A stretch of 64,000 nt of DNA from an uncultured Acidobacteriota bacterium (GCA_963816795.1 CAWFLT010000001.1:375259-439258), one strand, 5' to 3'. Counted from the first letter of the stretch, positions 28,415 through 40,941 are shown. Made by a program: numbers and translations. Notes: generated by a model not told the origin, from the letters alone.

Positions 28415-31097
28415 TGGTGCGCCGACTCCTGAGTTGGATCGGCGACCGCCTGCGGCGTCGGGATCTCACCGCAGAGATCGACGAAGAGCTGCAGTTCCAT
28501 CTCGACGCACGGATCCGTGACAACCAGGCGGCTGGCATGTCGGACGCCGAGGCGCGCCGCGACGCCTTCCGGCGGTTTGGCAGTCGGGCCGCGCTACGCG
28601 AAGCCACGCGTGACGCCAATCTCTTCGTCCACGTCGAACGTCTCTGGCAGGATCTGCGGCACGGCGCGCGTATCTCCGCCAAGAATCCGGCGCTGACGGC
28701 GATTGCGATCATTTCGATCGCCTTCGGCACCGGCGCGAACGTCGCCATTTTCAGCATGGCCGATACGCTTCTGCTGCGGCCGCTGCCGGTGCCTCGGCCG
28801 AGCGACCTCGTCAGCATCGGTTCGCGCGTCCGAAACGGCCCTTTCTATCGCACGGCGACGTCGTACCCCGACTATCTCGACGTCCGCGATCGAACGCAGA
28901 GCTTCGACGGCGTCCTCGCCTTCGTCCATGAGACCGTCGGCTTGACGACGACGGTCGGCGAGCTGCCGCGCGTCCGCTTCGCGACCTTTGTCAGCACCAA
29001 TTTCTTCCCCGTCCTGACGATCGAGCCGCAGGTCGGACGCGGCTTCCTCGCGGACGAGGACGGGAAGGCGCGCCCTGACACGGTCGCGGTGCTGAGCGAC
29101 GCGTTCTGGCGCGGCCAGTTTGGCGCCGATCCGAACATCCTCGGCCGGACGATCCGCGTCAGCGGCGTCGAGGTCACGATCGTCGGCGTCGCGCCGGCCT
29201 CGTTCAGTGGACTCGATCGCTACCTGCCGGACGAGGTCTTCCTGCCGGTGACGATGCTGCCGCGCGTCGGAAACGTACCGACACCCGCAGTGCTCGACGC
29301 ACGCGACGCACGCGTCCTGGTCGCGAAGGGCCGCTTGCGGCCCGGCGTCACCCTCGACCAGGCCGACGCCGAACTGGCGGCGCTCGGGCGCGACCTCGAG
29401 CGACAGCATCCGGTAACGAATTCACACCAGACGCTCCTCGCGCAAACCGAGCTTGCCTATCAGGCGACGCTCCGGCCGCTCGATCTCTCGCTCGTCATCA
29501 TCTTGACGACGCTCTCGATCGCCGTGCTGTGCGTCGCCTGCGCCAACGTCGCAGGCCTCCTCGCGAGCCGCGGACCCGTACGGGCGCGTGAGATGGCGCT
29601 CCGGCTCGCCATCGGCGCCGGCCGTGGCCGGCTGGTGCGCCAACTGCTCACTGAGAGCCTGGGCATCGCGATCGCCGGCGGCGCCGGCGGCATCGCGGTC
29701 GGCTGGCTGGGCATCTCGCTCCTCCGGCAGATCCAGTACCCGACGGAGCTCGTCAAACACCCGCGTTTCGATCTCGATGAGCGGGCGCTCCTCGTCGCGA
29801 TCCTCGTCGCGATGGCGAGCGCCGTGCTCGTCGGGCTCGGGCCGGCGCTACAGACGACGCGCGTCGATCTGGTGTCCACCCTGAAGTCGACCGACCGCGG
29901 CCGCGCCGTCCGGTATCGGCCCGCCGGCCGCTCCATCCTCGTCGCGGTCCAGGTCGCGCTCTCGCTCGTGCTCGTCACGGTCTCCGTCTATGCCGTGCAG
30001 GCGTTCCGGCAGGAGCTCGACGCCGGTCCTGGCTTTCGCACGACGCAGATGACCAAGGCGACGATCAGCCCCAGCCGCGCCGGATACAAGGACGTCGATG
30101 CCGTGCGATTCCTGTCGCGCGTCGTCGACGAAGCGCGCGCTCTCCCCGGCGTGCGATCGGCGTCCGTGACGTCTGCGATGCCGCTCTTCTCGTTCGACTT
30201 CGCGATGGTGGCCCCCGAAGGCGAGACCGTCGTGGACGATCAGTCGCGTGTCCCCGACCTGGGCCAACAGCATCGACGACCGCTACTTCGAGACCATGGG
30301 GATTCCGCTGCTGGCCGGGCGGACGTTTGTCCGCACCGATGACGCCTCCGCGCCACTGGTGGCGATCGTCAACGACACGTTTGCGCGGCGGGCGTGGCCG
30401 GGGGCCGATCCGATCGGCAAACGCATCCAGCGGGTCGATGCCGGACGCGAACTGCATGAAATCGTCGGCGTCGTGACGACGTCGACGTATGGCATTCCCG
30501 GCGAGCTGCCGCAAGACGCCGTCTACTTCCCATTCCTCCAACAGCGGCCCGGCGAGATGGTGCTGCTGGTCCAGACCGCCGGCGAATCTGCCGCCGTGCT
30601 CGAGCCCGTGCGCGATCTCGTCCGGCGGTTGGACCGCGACGTGCCGCTCTCAGACGTTCAGACCATCGAAACCTTCTACGACACTCGTGTCACGACGTTC
30701 GGCACCCACATGGTCAGGCTCGTCGGCGGCATGGGCGTGATGGGCGTGCTGCTCACGATGGTGGGGCTGTACGGGCTCGTCTCGTACGCGGTCAGCCGGC
30801 GCACCCGTGAAATCGGCATCCGCATCGCGATCGGCGCGACGTCGGCCCGGATCGTCAGGATGATTCTGCGCCAGGGGATGGCGCCCGCGTGGGCGGGCCT
30901 CGCGGCCGGGTTGCTCCTGAGCGTCGCGCTCAGCCGTCTCATGTCCGGACTCGTGCCGTTCTTCGGTTATCGCGTCAGCGCCCAGACCTACTCCGTCGTC
31001 GTGCCCCTCCTCATCGCGATCTCGCTCGCCGCCTCGTTCACTGCCGGCGAGACGGGCGGCCGGCGTCGATCCGACGACCGCCCTCCGCGCCGAGTAG
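28411..31097 (+). CDS. ADOP-family permease with prefix domain, two frameshifts (about 30245 and 31040)
   Basis: Track ORFs 28411..30342 and 30248..31189 join at ...VVDDQSRV|SPTWANSIDDRYFETM. The canonical C-terminus SLPARRAAGVDPTTALRAE* (stop 31095-31097) is in the next +1 frame. Confidence 0.8.
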
Positions 31098-31185
31098 CGT
31101 CCGTCGTATTATCTGTCCGGCAATTACGCCAGGTCTCGAAGTCGCGCGGCACCGGCTCGAGCACGTTCGCTCAAGGAGAGTGTCC

Positions 31186-31579
31186 ATGAAGAATTCCATT
31201 CGTTCGCTTGTGCTGCTGACGGTGCTGCTCATCACAGCAGGATCGGTCCGCGCGGATTCAACCCCGATCATTCAAGGTGCGGTCTCTGGTCTCGAGATCT
31301 GTCAACTGACGAGCTGCGGGTCGGCCATCTTCATCGGTGTCTTCAACGGACAGGTCGGCTTCAACACCAAGGCGCTCGGCACCATCGCGGTCGCCGTCAA
31401 GCACGATGAGTTGCCGGACAGCGCAGGGCGAGTGCGCGGACATCACCGGGGGCGAGTGGGCCATGTGGGTGGGCCTGCGGCGCTTCGAGGGATCGACCAC
31501 CGGGGAGCTCTGCTTCAACCCCAACAACACTTTCTCGGTGACGGTGACGATGGACCTCGACTTCCGCGGGCTCAGGTGA
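31186..31579 (+). CDS. Small secreted hypothetical protein, one frameshift near 31420
   Basis: AAGGAGAG then ATG 31186. MKNSIRSLVLLTVLLITAGSVRA signal. It continues in the frame of track ORF 31337..31579 (AQGECADITGGEWAMWVGL...). Confidence 0.55.
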
Positions 31580-31684
31580 CGCGACATTCTACGGCACGCT
31601 GGATCACAACGTGTTTCCACCGACGATTAAGGGATTCATCACGCAACAGTGACCAAGAGCGTTCGAGGGTTCGACCGACGGAGA

Positions 31685-31775
31685 ACGCGGAGAAACGGGG
31701 CTCACGGAGATTGACCGGAAGGGTTGAACGACCTTTCTTGCTCCGTGGCTCCGTACGTCTCCGTGCTCCCCGTGT
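31685..31775. repeat. CTCCGTG-only inverted array (Family A-lite hairpin)
   Basis: ACGCGGAGAA and CTCACGGAGA on the left. CTCCGTG, GCTCCGT, TCTCCGTG and CTCCCCGTG on the right. Confidence 0.7.
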
Positions 31776-31818
31776 GAGATGTCTGTGCGTCGTGTGATTC
31801 GCGGAAGGGCCAGGTGAC

Positions 31819-32253
31819 GTGATGCGACGAGCTGCCTGGATCGTGATGCTGATGATCGTGACGGCCACGGCGGGCCACGCCCAGCGCGGGCGCGGTCCGC
31901 AGGGACCGCCGAACATCTCCGGCGCCTGGATGGGCACGTGGAGCGCCTACAACCCGACGCGCGCGTCCGCTCCCCCGCAGGAGCTCTGCGCCAAGCTCAG
32001 TGCCAACATTTCGCAGAAAGGCGACGCCTGGATCGCCGTCTTCGAAGGCGATTGCGGGCGTCCCTACAAGTATTCGATCACGATGGAAGGCCGATTGGTC
32101 GGCGGCGCCGTGCTCTTCAAAGGCACCGCCGATCTCGGCGCCAAAGACGGCGGCGTCTATGACTGGATCGGCCGCGCCATCGACAACGAGTTCGTCGGCT
32201 TCTTCACCAGCGCCACCTACACCGGCTTCTTCAACCTGGCCCGGCCGAAGTAG
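31819..32253 (+). CDS. Secreted hypothetical protein (144 aa)
   Basis: Intact ORF with signal MMRRAAWIVMLMIVTATAGHA. No family recognised. Confidence 0.6.
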   Translation: MMRRAAWIVMLMIVTATAGHAQRGRGPQGPPNISGAWMGTWSAYNPTRASAPPQELCAKLSANISQKGDAWIAVFEGDCGRPYKYSITMEGRLVGGAVLFKGTADLGAKDGGVYDWIGRAIDNEFVGFFTSATYTGFFNLARPK

Positions 32254-32922
32254 TCGCGCCGGGGGTCCGACCGGTCGGTGGCTCCCGCTACCCGTCGTCG
32301 GACCCGGCGCACCAGTCCAACCAGACCGGCCCCGAGCAGCACGAGCGATGCGGGCTCGGGCACGGCGGCGACCGTCACACCGGCAAAGGGCGGGAGACTG
32401 CTGAACGTCTGGACGTCGGCAAGACCGAGCGTCGGTGCTGTCGAGCTCGAGGATCAGGAGCTTGTTGCCCAGCGCCAGTCGTCGGGATCTCAAAGAGATC
32501 GCGCGCCCAGGATGGAAAAGGAAAACGCGTCGGGCGTCGGGTTCACGTTGATCGAGGAGAAGGCGACGTCGAACGTCAGCAGCGAGCCAGGCGTGAATGT
32601 CTGAAAGAACTCGTTGAAAAAGCTGCCAGGGCTGCTGGTGGTCAACGTCACACTGCTCGTGAGATCGCCGGAGACGCCGGTGGTCGTTACCGGTGCGCCC
32701 GTCGCCTGCCCACCTCCGAAGTTGAAGTTGCTGACTTCAACGGTATTGCCGGACGGGATGCCCCCAATCAGCTGAAAATCCAGCGAGAACGGTCCGAAGC
32801 GGGTGGCCGATGAGCGTGCTGGTGTTGACGACGACACTGAAGCTGAACGGCGCCGCAGTGGTCACCGATGGAACAGCAACCAGCGCCAGAACCGCGATGG
32901 CCGCAGCCAGAAACCTCTTCAT
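32217..32922 (-). pseudogene. PEP-CTERM sorting-domain protein, about 4 frameshifts
   Basis: GAGGAG then ATG 32922, MKRFLAAAIAVLALVAVPSVTTA. The body is in track ORF 32490..32837. The C-terminal VPEPASLVLLGAGLVGLVRRVRRR (PEP-CTERM) is reached only after single-base skips near 32810, 32495, 32445 and 32385. Confidence 0.65.
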
Positions 32923-32975
32923 GACAGGAGTCTCCTCAACGAAGAATCGAAACGCCGCGAAGTGTTGGCGCGGCT

Positions 32976-35900
32976 TCAACGCGCGGCGCCGGACAGCACG
33001 CGAGTCCCGTAGGTTATCGCGCCGTAACTCGGGTTGACGAACTGGAGGATCGCCGTGGCGACCTCACCAGGACTGAGCACGCCGTCGCTGCCGACGTTCA
33101 GGACGACGGTAGGACTGCCGGCAGGTAAGGCACAACCCGTCGGACCTGACGAACTCGCCAGCGTCGCCCCGGCACTGAGCCCGTCGAGGGCGACCGCCAC
33201 CTGACCGGCAACCGGCACGGTCACCGACGTTCTGGACCGTGAGCTGCTGAACAAATCGCCGAGTCGAGCGATCGAACACGAAGCCGCCCCGGGTGACGGA
33301 CACCAACGTGCTGACATCGACCGAACAGGGCGGAGGCGGCAGGCGGAAGTAGGCGACGGCCGGATCGTGATCGGAGAGCCGCTCGGGCCGCGTGCCGTCC
33401 TGGCGGAAGGTCTCCGGAAAGTCGGCGTTGGTGCGCGCCCATTCGAGACCGGCGACCAGGGGCAGCGTGTTGGACGTGACCAGCACATGGTCGAGCACCT
33501 GCGCGTTGCCATCGAACACGTACGAGTACCGCTGCTCTGCCGGCACCATGGTTCCCAGCGAAGTCAAGTTGGGATCGACCAGATCGACCGTCGAGAGAAC
33601 GACCTCACTGGCGGGCGCGGGGTCACCGAGGATCGTGCCGATCACGTCGACGATATCCGTCGCTGAACTCGAAGGCGTTGAAGTCGCCGACCGCGATGAC
33701 GCGCTCACTCGCTTGGAGCGACTGAATCAGGCTGGCGAGAGCCTCGGCCTGCGCGCGCCGTTGAGTCGCGCACGCGCGGTCCCGCTGCCGGATCGTCGAT
33801 GTCGTTGAGCGACCGCAGGTGATTGACGATCACCGTGATCGCCACGCTCTGAGGCGCGGCGCCAACCTCCGCGCGCAGGACGAGCGGCGGACGGTCATGG
33901 AGAATGTCGCTGCTGCCATCGCACGTCGACGAACCGGTCGGCCTTGCCGATCTGGGTGACCGACACCGACCGTCACGCGGCTCGATTTGACGAGGAAACC
34001 AACGTCGATCCCGCCCGGGTCGTTGCCTTCTTCCAGGTACGCGACGTAACCGGGATTGGCGAGGCCCGCGAGGCTGGCGTCGTCGTTCACCCTGGTCGCC
34101 AGGGCCTGGAGGGTCGCGAGGTTATCGACTTCCTGGACCGCGACGATGTCCGGAAGGCGCAGGACATTGCGGACGAGCAACGAGAACTTACCGAGGCGGC
34201 GGTCGAACGCCGCGGGCGTCAGCACGACGTCCCCGACACCCGGATCGTTTGTCGTGTCGAAAAAGCGCTGGAGATTTGCACTGGCGACCGTGAACTCGTC
34301 GGCAGCAGCCGCGCGCACCGCGACGGCAGCGAGGCTGCCCGTCACCGTCGGCACCGGCGCGGGATCCAGGCAAGATCGAGTAGGAGCGGAACGCGAAGTC
34401 GAGCACACCGACAAGGCCGCTCACCGTCGCCCCGCTCGGGACGTCAATCAGGGCCGCGCCCGGCTGACGACCGCTGTCGACGCGAAGCCGCTCGGGGTTG
34501 TTGTCGAATCGGGGCACACCGGCCGGCGATCCCGCCGGCAACGGATCGGGCAACGCGATGCCGGGCTCCCTGAACGGCCGCGCGATGCCCTGGACCACGC
34601 CGAAGAAGATGCCATCGGACGTCGAGGTGGCCGCGGCCTCCGCGATGCTTCCGCCGGTCGGTCCGCGACCACCGTCAGCTCGTCGACCCGCACGCGCATG
34701 CTCTCGAATCGCTCGAGCGCGTCGAGCGCGATGCCGGGGTTGACGATGCGCTGCCGTGAGCAGGACGGCGGCGGGCAGCGGGATTGCCAGCCGAGACCAG
34801 CGAAATCGTCGGCGCGGTGAGCTCGGTGATCGGTGCGACTGTTCGGGATCAGCGCTGGGGACGAACTCGGTCACGCGACCCGTGACTCGCACGAGGTTGC
34901 CGACGGCGGCGATCGCCGGAGGCGGTGCACCGGTGAACACGAACACGCCCTCAGACGATGCCGGATCCGCGTCGGCGACGACCGCCTGCAAGAAGAAGCC
35001 GTTCTCCGCGTCGCGCGCCGTGTTCAACCGGCGCGCCGTGACGACTGCCGTCGGTCTCGACCACCTGCCCGACGAGCGGCGACGTCGCTCCCGTGCCCTG
35101 GATCTCGGAAATCGTGACGACGAGAGGCGGGCCCATGGCCACGGTGAGCGCAATCGACGTGGCGCCGATTCGCAGACCCGCATCGGTGATGGTGACAGGC
35201 AACGTCTTCGAACCCGGGCTGGTCGCCGGCGCGACGGTCGTGGCGAGCGAGTAGACGAGATCGCCAGTCGTGACGTCGCCATTGGTCCCGTCATCGAACA
35301 ACGTGGCGCCAGAGACGCCGCCAATCGCGCTGAGATTGGCGAGCACCGACGAGATCGGCTGCGGCGGTGCGCCCTCGGTCACGGCGACCGTGAGGAGCAC
35401 GGCGCCGCCAGGCAATACGGACGCGGGGTCTGCCGTCCCGACTCCGCTCGGCCCGCCACCGCCACCGACGATGCACGCCGAGGCCAGATTCTGCGGGTCG
35501 CTTGGCATCAGGACTTGGAGATCGGCACTGTTGTTGTCGGTGTCGGTACCGGACCCCGCCAGCCCGCCGGGCCGGCGCTCGTAGCCGCGGTCGACGTTTG
35601 TGGCCAACTGGGCGAGTCGCGTCCCTTCGCCGAACGCCGACCCGGCGCTCATCCCGACCTGGTCGACGATCGAGTCGTCGGCCAGCGTCAGCGCGATGCC
35701 GCCGTCGTCGGTAATCCCGGTGCCGTAGGTCACGTTTCCCGGCACGGTCCCGCTGTAGCCGCTGGCCGCGCTGTTGGTCGCCAGAAAATGGCAGCCCGGC
35801 CCCAGCATCGTGCCGGCCGGCACGGTCGCGCGGGTGCTGACGGTCCCGCTCGAATTCGACCCGCGAATCTTCCACCCGCCGATGTTCACCGGCGCCGTCG

Positions 35901-36091
35901 AGACGTTGTAGAGCTCGACGAACTCGTCGTTTCCGCCGACCGGCCCGCGCGTCCTGAACTCGCTGATCACGACCGTCGTCGAGACGGCGCGTGCTCGCTC
36001 AGGGACCAGGGCGCTTGCCGTCACGAGGAGGGCGCAGACGAACGCCGGTGAGAAGGCGGCGCGACGAGGCGGATCGGAAGGCAGTGCTCAT
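32976..36091 (-). pseudogene. ExeM/NucH-family extracellular nuclease (lamin-tail domain + EEP nuclease domain), about 12 frameshifts
   Basis: LTD: VVISEFRTRGPVGGNDEFVELYNVS..GGWKI. Then ISEIQGTGATSPLVGQVV. EEP motifs: FTVASANLQRFFD, IVAVQEVDN, GDFNAFEFS, LSDHDP. Homology hops between the frames of track ORFs 34951..36024, 34188..35324, 34448..34699, 33830..34414, 33064..33708 and 32976..33512. Confidence 0.75.
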
Positions 36092-36233
36092 AGCGGCATC
36101 CTAACGTCGAGTTGTGACACCCCTCTAACTTTTGCGCCCCTCTTACGTAATACCGGAAGGACGCTCGCTGGTGCTGGTCCGGACCTGACCGGCAGTGTGC
36201 GGTGTCTATCTTCACATCGCTTCGGGAGATCCC

Positions 36234-38643
36234 ATGCGGGAATGGCTGCAGGACCTGCGCTACGGCGCCCGGATGATCCTCAAACGGCCGGGTACGTCGG
36301 CGATCGCCATCGTCGCGCTCGCGCTTGGCATCGGACTGACGACGACGATGTTCTCGATCGTGCAGGGCGTCATGCTGCGCGGGCTGCCGTTTCCTGAGAG
36401 CGAGCGCATCATCATTGTGTCGCGCGCGACGGTCCAGAATCCCGACCGGCGCGACAGCCCGCCACCGCACGATTTCACGGATTGGCGGGCCCAGCAAAAA
36501 TCATTCGAATCGCTCGCCGGGTACTCCAACACGAGTGTGACCCTCTCCGGCGACAGCGGCTTTCCGGAACGGTTGCGCGGCTCCCGGATGACGCCGAACA
36601 CGCTCGCCGTCCTCCGCGTCGCGCCGATCGTCGGCCGCGACTTCTCTGAGGCAGACGCGGCGCCCGGGGCGCCGCCGGTCGCTCTCATCGGTCACCGCCT
36701 CTGGCAGGGGCGCTTCAAGAGCGATCGCGGCGTCGCCGGCACGGCCATTCGCCTGAATGGCGTCATGACGACGATCGTCGGCGTGATGCCGGAAAAGTTC
36801 GGCTTCCCCGAAGCGGAACAGATCTGGCTGCCGACCGGCATCGAGCTTCCCGCCAAGCGCGGAGAAGGACGGTTCATGCGGGTGATCGGCCGCCTTCGTG
36901 ATGGCGTCACGCTCGAACACGCCAGGGCCGAGATGGACGGGATCGTCCGGCAACTGGCGGCGGCCCATCCGGAGAACAAAGACACGATCGCGAACGTGAC
37001 GCCGTTCATCGAGCAAGCCGTGCCGACGCGGATCAAGACGACGTTCTACACGATGCTGGGTGCGGTCCTCGGGGTGATGCTCATCGCTTGCGTCAACGTG
37101 ACCAACCTGCAACTGGCGCGTGCCGCCGAGCGGGCGAAGGAGTTTGCCATCCGCACCGCGCTTGGCTCGGGACGCTGGCGGATTCTGCGCCAATCGCTGG
37201 CCGAAGGGCTGGTGCTGTCGGCGATTGGCGCGGCGCTCGGTCTGGGCATTGCGCAATTCGGCGTCACGTACTTCATGGGCGCCATCGCCGAAACGCAGCC
37301 GCCCTTCTGGATCGACGTGCGCCTCGATCTGACGGTCCTCGCGTTTGTCACCGCCATCACCGTCGCGGCCGCGCTGGTCTCGAGCGTGGCGCCCGGCCTT
37401 CGCGTGTCGCGTGCGGACGCGACCTCAGCCCTGAAAGACGACACGCGCGGCGCGACGAGCCTGCGCATGGGCCGCTTCAGCCGCTGGCTCGTCGTCGTCG
37501 AAGTCGCCGTCTCCTGCATTCTGCTGGTGGTGTCGGGCCTGATGATTCGCAGCATCCTGACCACGAGCCGGCTCGACTACGGCTTCGCCACCCGCGATGT
37601 GTTTTTCGCGCAGGTGTCGTTCGATACGCGCACGCACGCTGACAATCCGGCCGTCCTTCGTGCACTCGAACAGTTCGAAGAAGGAATCAAGCGCGTGCCA
37701 GGCGTCCGACACGTCGCGTTCTCGACCGGCGTGCCGGGCACCGGCTTCTCGCCGCCGTTTCGGCTCGAAGGCCAGACGTACGCCAAGCCCGAAGACCGGC
37801 CGCGAGCGGCTCAGATCAACGCCACGCCCGCCTTTTTCGATGTGCTCGGGATCGCGGTCCGCCACGGCCGGCTGTTCACTCAGGCCGACACGGAAGGCGC
37901 GGATCGGGTCGCCGTCGTGGACGAAGCCTTCGTCGCTCGGCATCTTCGCCGGCGGCCCGGCGATCGGCAAGCGGGTGCAATTCGGTGACGACGGCAAGGC
38001 GCCGTGGATCACGATCGTCGGCGTGGTACCGAGTCTGGCGGAACAACGGAATCCGGGACAGGTCGTCGAATCGATCTATCTGCCATTGGCGCAAAACCCG
38101 AACCGTGGGGTCACGGTCCTGGCGCGCACGGGCAATGACCCGGTCGCCCTGACGTCCGGTATTCGCGGTGCACTCTCGGCCGTCAGTGCCGAAACGCCGC
38201 TGAACAATCCCAACTCGCTCGCGGGCGAGTTCTGGCGACAGGGCTGGGCGTTCCGGCTCTTCGGCGGTCTCTTCCTGACCTTCGGCGCGGCAGCGCTGAT
38301 TCTCGCCGCGGCGGGACTGTACGGCGTGATGTCGTTCACCGTCCGCCGGCGCACGCAGGAAATCGGCGTGCGGATGGCGCTCGGCGCGAGTCAGCGCGGC
38401 GTCTTGCGGATGGTGCTCTGGCAAGGTCTCTGGCGCGTCGCAGTCGGCGTCGCGATCGGCCTGTGGCCGGGCTGGTTTGTCGGCACGCAAATGCAGGCGC
38501 TGACCTCGAACGTCTCGCCCGCCGATCCCGTCGTCCACGTGACCACTGCGGTGACGTTGCTCATCTCTGGCGCGATCGCCAGCCTGGTTCCCGCGATGCG
38601 CGCGTCGTCGGTGGATCCGTTGACGGCGCTGAGGAGAGATTAG
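36234..38643 (+). CDS. ADOP-family permease (no adjacent PadR), one frameshift near 37935
   Basis: GGGAGA then ATG 36234, MREWLQDLRYGARMILKRPG. Track ORFs 36195..37988 and 37597..38643 join at ...VAVVDEAFVARH|(L)FAGGPAIGKRVQF. C-terminus LVPAMRASSVDPLTALRRD. Confidence 0.8.
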
Positions 38644-38891
38644 TCACGCAAGAAAAACGGGGACAACCAGTCGATTGCCCCCGTCGTAAATCCGATCGCC
38701 TTGATTTCTCCGTATCAGGCCTTATTTGTCGCCGCATAGCGCGACTTTGCCGAGCTCATCGACAGCTAGTTTCTGGACTGACTCGACTGGGGTTATGTCG
38801 AGTGACTCAGATCCGTGCACGATCGCGCGCGCGAGAAACGCGCAGCGGCCGCGTGTCGTAGGACAAGTCGTACACACTCGGAGGATCACAC

Positions 38892-39293
38892 GTGAAGAGT
38901 TATCGGATGTTTGCACTGACGATCGGCGCGACGATGGCGAGCGCCGTTTTGGTTACCGCGCAGCAGAATTCGCCTGGAACGGAATCGGGTACGAACCCAT
39001 CGGCACCCGCCAAGGTCACCTATGTCGGCTGCCTCTCGCCCGGCTCCGGCGAGAATTCATACCTGCTGACAAAGGGCAAGGAGAAGGGCGCCAAGGGGAA
39101 AGACAACCCGCGCGTCAACTTCAAGCTGGTCGCTGGAGAGAAGGTCAAGCTGGAGCCGCATGTGACGCACGAAGTCACGATCACCGGCACATTGTCCGAG
39201 GCGGTGGCGCCCGCGTCGTCCGGCGCATCGGGCGAAACGCTTCGCACGTTCACCGTCACGGCAGTCAAGACCGAATCGCCGTCCTGCGGCTGA
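38892..39293 (+). CDS. Small secreted hypothetical protein (133 aa)
   Basis: GGAGGA then GTG 38892. Signal MKSYRMFALTIGATMASAVLVTA. Locally lower GC. Confidence 0.6.
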   Translation: MKSYRMFALTIGATMASAVLVTAQQNSPGTESGTNPSAPAKVTYVGCLSPGSGENSYLLTKGKEKGAKGKDNPRVNFKLVAGEKVKLEPHVTHEVTITGTLSEAVAPASSGASGETLRTFTVTAVKTESPSCG

Positions 39294-39328
39294 CACCACT
39301 CACATCAGCGCCAGTCGTACGTGAATCG

Positions 39329-39359
39329 CGGGGTGGCCTCACGAGAGGGGGCCACCCCG
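39329..39359. terminator. Perfect 10-bp GC hairpin between convergent genes (bidirectional terminator candidate)
   Basis: CGGGGTGGCC-tcacgagaggg-GGCCACCCCG. Confidence 0.55.
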
Positions 39360-39374
39360 TGTCTCGCGTTTGCG

Positions 39375-40208
39375 TCAGCGTCTCTTGTCGGTCACCAGCG
39401 CGAGCGACTCGGCCGCCGCCAGGCGGTAGATACCCGGCGCGATCATGATCGCGTGACCTTCTGCCACGAGCGCGCGGTTGCCGCGCCCGGCGTCCGGCCG
39501 TGAGAGCCCGGTCACGCGCGCGAGCTCGCCGCGCACGGTGACACCCGCGCCGGCCAGAAAACAGCGGGCGATCTCGCGCAGCGCGACGTCCCGGCTGACG
39601 CGCCGCCGCAGCGCGTCGGGAAAGCGGCCCACGCCCAGGGTCCAGATGTACGTGAACTTCGGGTGATAGAGCACTTCGCTCGGCACCACGATCATCGCCG
39701 CTTGCAGCTCGTCCAGCGCTTTCGTGAACGCCTGACGATCGCGCACGCCAGATTCGTCGCGCAGGTCGGAGGTCCCCATCTCCCACTCGCGGCGCAGCAC
39801 GCGAAGGACGGCGCGTGCGTTCTTGCTCAGCCGCCGTGCCTCGTCCGATCGGCGCATGCCCCAGACGGCATGAAAGAACGGCACCATGCGCGGCGCGATG
39901 AACAGCGCTTTGCCGCGCGCGAGCTTCGCGTAGTAGACCTTGCCCCGCCGCACGACGTCGTCCTTCAGCGTCCACGCGAGTGACGCCTCGACGTCTTTCT
40001 GCACGTTGCGCGGCATGACCGCATCGCGGCGGCCGCACACGGCGATGTACAGCGAGGGGCCCGGCCGGCGGGCATCGGTGAGGCAGGCCGAGAATCCTAC
40101 CTGCTCGATGAAGTGTTCGGCGTCGATGACCGTGTCGACCTGGCGGGTGCCTTCCCGGCGCCAACGCTGGTCACGGTAGTCCTCGACCTCTTGAGGAAGC
40201 TCAGTCAC
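39375..40208 (-). CDS. Hypothetical protein, possibly a winged-helix DNA-binding / AlkZ-like repair-associated protein
   Basis: Intact 277-aa ORF. The C-terminal part ([29 protein letters not shown]) looks like a winged helix. Sits next to a DNA-alkylation-repair gene. The family assignment is unverified. Confidence 0.35.
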   Translation of the reverse strand: MTELPQEVEDYRDQRWRREGTRQVDTVIDAEHFIEQVGFSACLTDARRPGPSLYIAVCGRRDAVMPRNVQKDVEASLAWTLKDDVVRRGKVYYAKLARGKALFIAPRMVPFFHAVWGMRRSDEARRLSKNARAVLRVLRREWEMGTSDLRDESGVRDRQAFTKALDELQAAMIVVPSEVLYHPKFTYIWTLGVGRFPDALRRRVSRDVALREIARCFLAGAGVTVRGELARVTGLSRPDAGRGNRALVAEGHAIMIAPGIYRLAAAESLALVTDKRR

Positions 40209-40220
40209 GAGAAGAGCCGG

Positions 40221-40907
40221 TCACGCGCGCCGCTTCTTGGTCAGATCACGCAGCGCGTCGTTGCCGATCCATCGCGCCGCCGGATCGGCCATCGCGCTCA
40301 ACCGCTTCGCGGTCGCCGTGGCCGCCGCGTGGAGCTTGGCGTTGCGCGTGCCGATGCGGCGCAGCGCCCAGCTGATGCCCTTCTTCACCAGGTGGCGATC
40401 GTCGGCCGCTTCCTGCTCGACGAGCCGCAGGCCCTTCACGAACTGCTCGTCACGCGCTGTCTTGTCGTGCCCGGCAAGACTGGCCAGCAGGGCGAAGCCG
40501 GCCCGCTTGACGAACTCGTCGCGCTGCACGCTCCACTTGGCGACTTTCGCCCAGGCGTGAGGCGTCTGATCGAACAGCTTGAAGCACAGCGTGTCGCAGA
40601 CGCCCCAGTTGTCGAACGCGCGGCACCATTGATCCATCTGTGCGGACGTCACTCGATCCGGCTCATCGACGAAGGCGGCCAACAGGCGCGCTTCGTACCA
40701 GCCGGTCTTCCACAACGCCGCGGCCAGCGCATGGCTGCGTCCGGTCCGTTTCGCGATGGCCTGGATGTTGGCGAGCGAGACGCCAATCGCTTTCGGCGCG
40801 GTGATGCCGAACCGGGTGAGGTTGTCGAGATCGCGCGTCGTGCGCTTCGCACGAAGCCAATCGAGTACGGTGTCGACCTCTGGCGGAGAGACGCGCTTCG
40901 CGGGCAT
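40221..40907 (-). CDS. DNA alkylation repair protein (AlkD/AlkC-like HEAT-repeat, PF08713-type)
   Basis: ATG 40907 (or 40934) inside track ORF 40221..41075. Motifs WKTGWYEARLLAAFV, FDNWGVCD, EFVKRAGFALLA, VKKGISWALR. Confidence 0.75.
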   Translation of the reverse strand: MPAKRVSPPEVDTVLDWLRAKRTTRDLDNLTRFGITAPKAIGVSLANIQAIAKRTGRSHALAAALWKTGWYEARLLAAFVDEPDRVTSAQMDQWCRAFDNWGVCDTLCFKLFDQTPHAWAKVAKWSVQRDEFVKRAGFALLASLAGHDKTARDEQFVKGLRLVEQEAADDRHLVKKGISWALRRIGTRNAKLHAAATATAKRLSAMADPAARWIGNDALRDLTKKRRA

Positions 40908-40941
40908 GCGTCTCAGTGTATGCCGGAGTAGCATCACGGAG

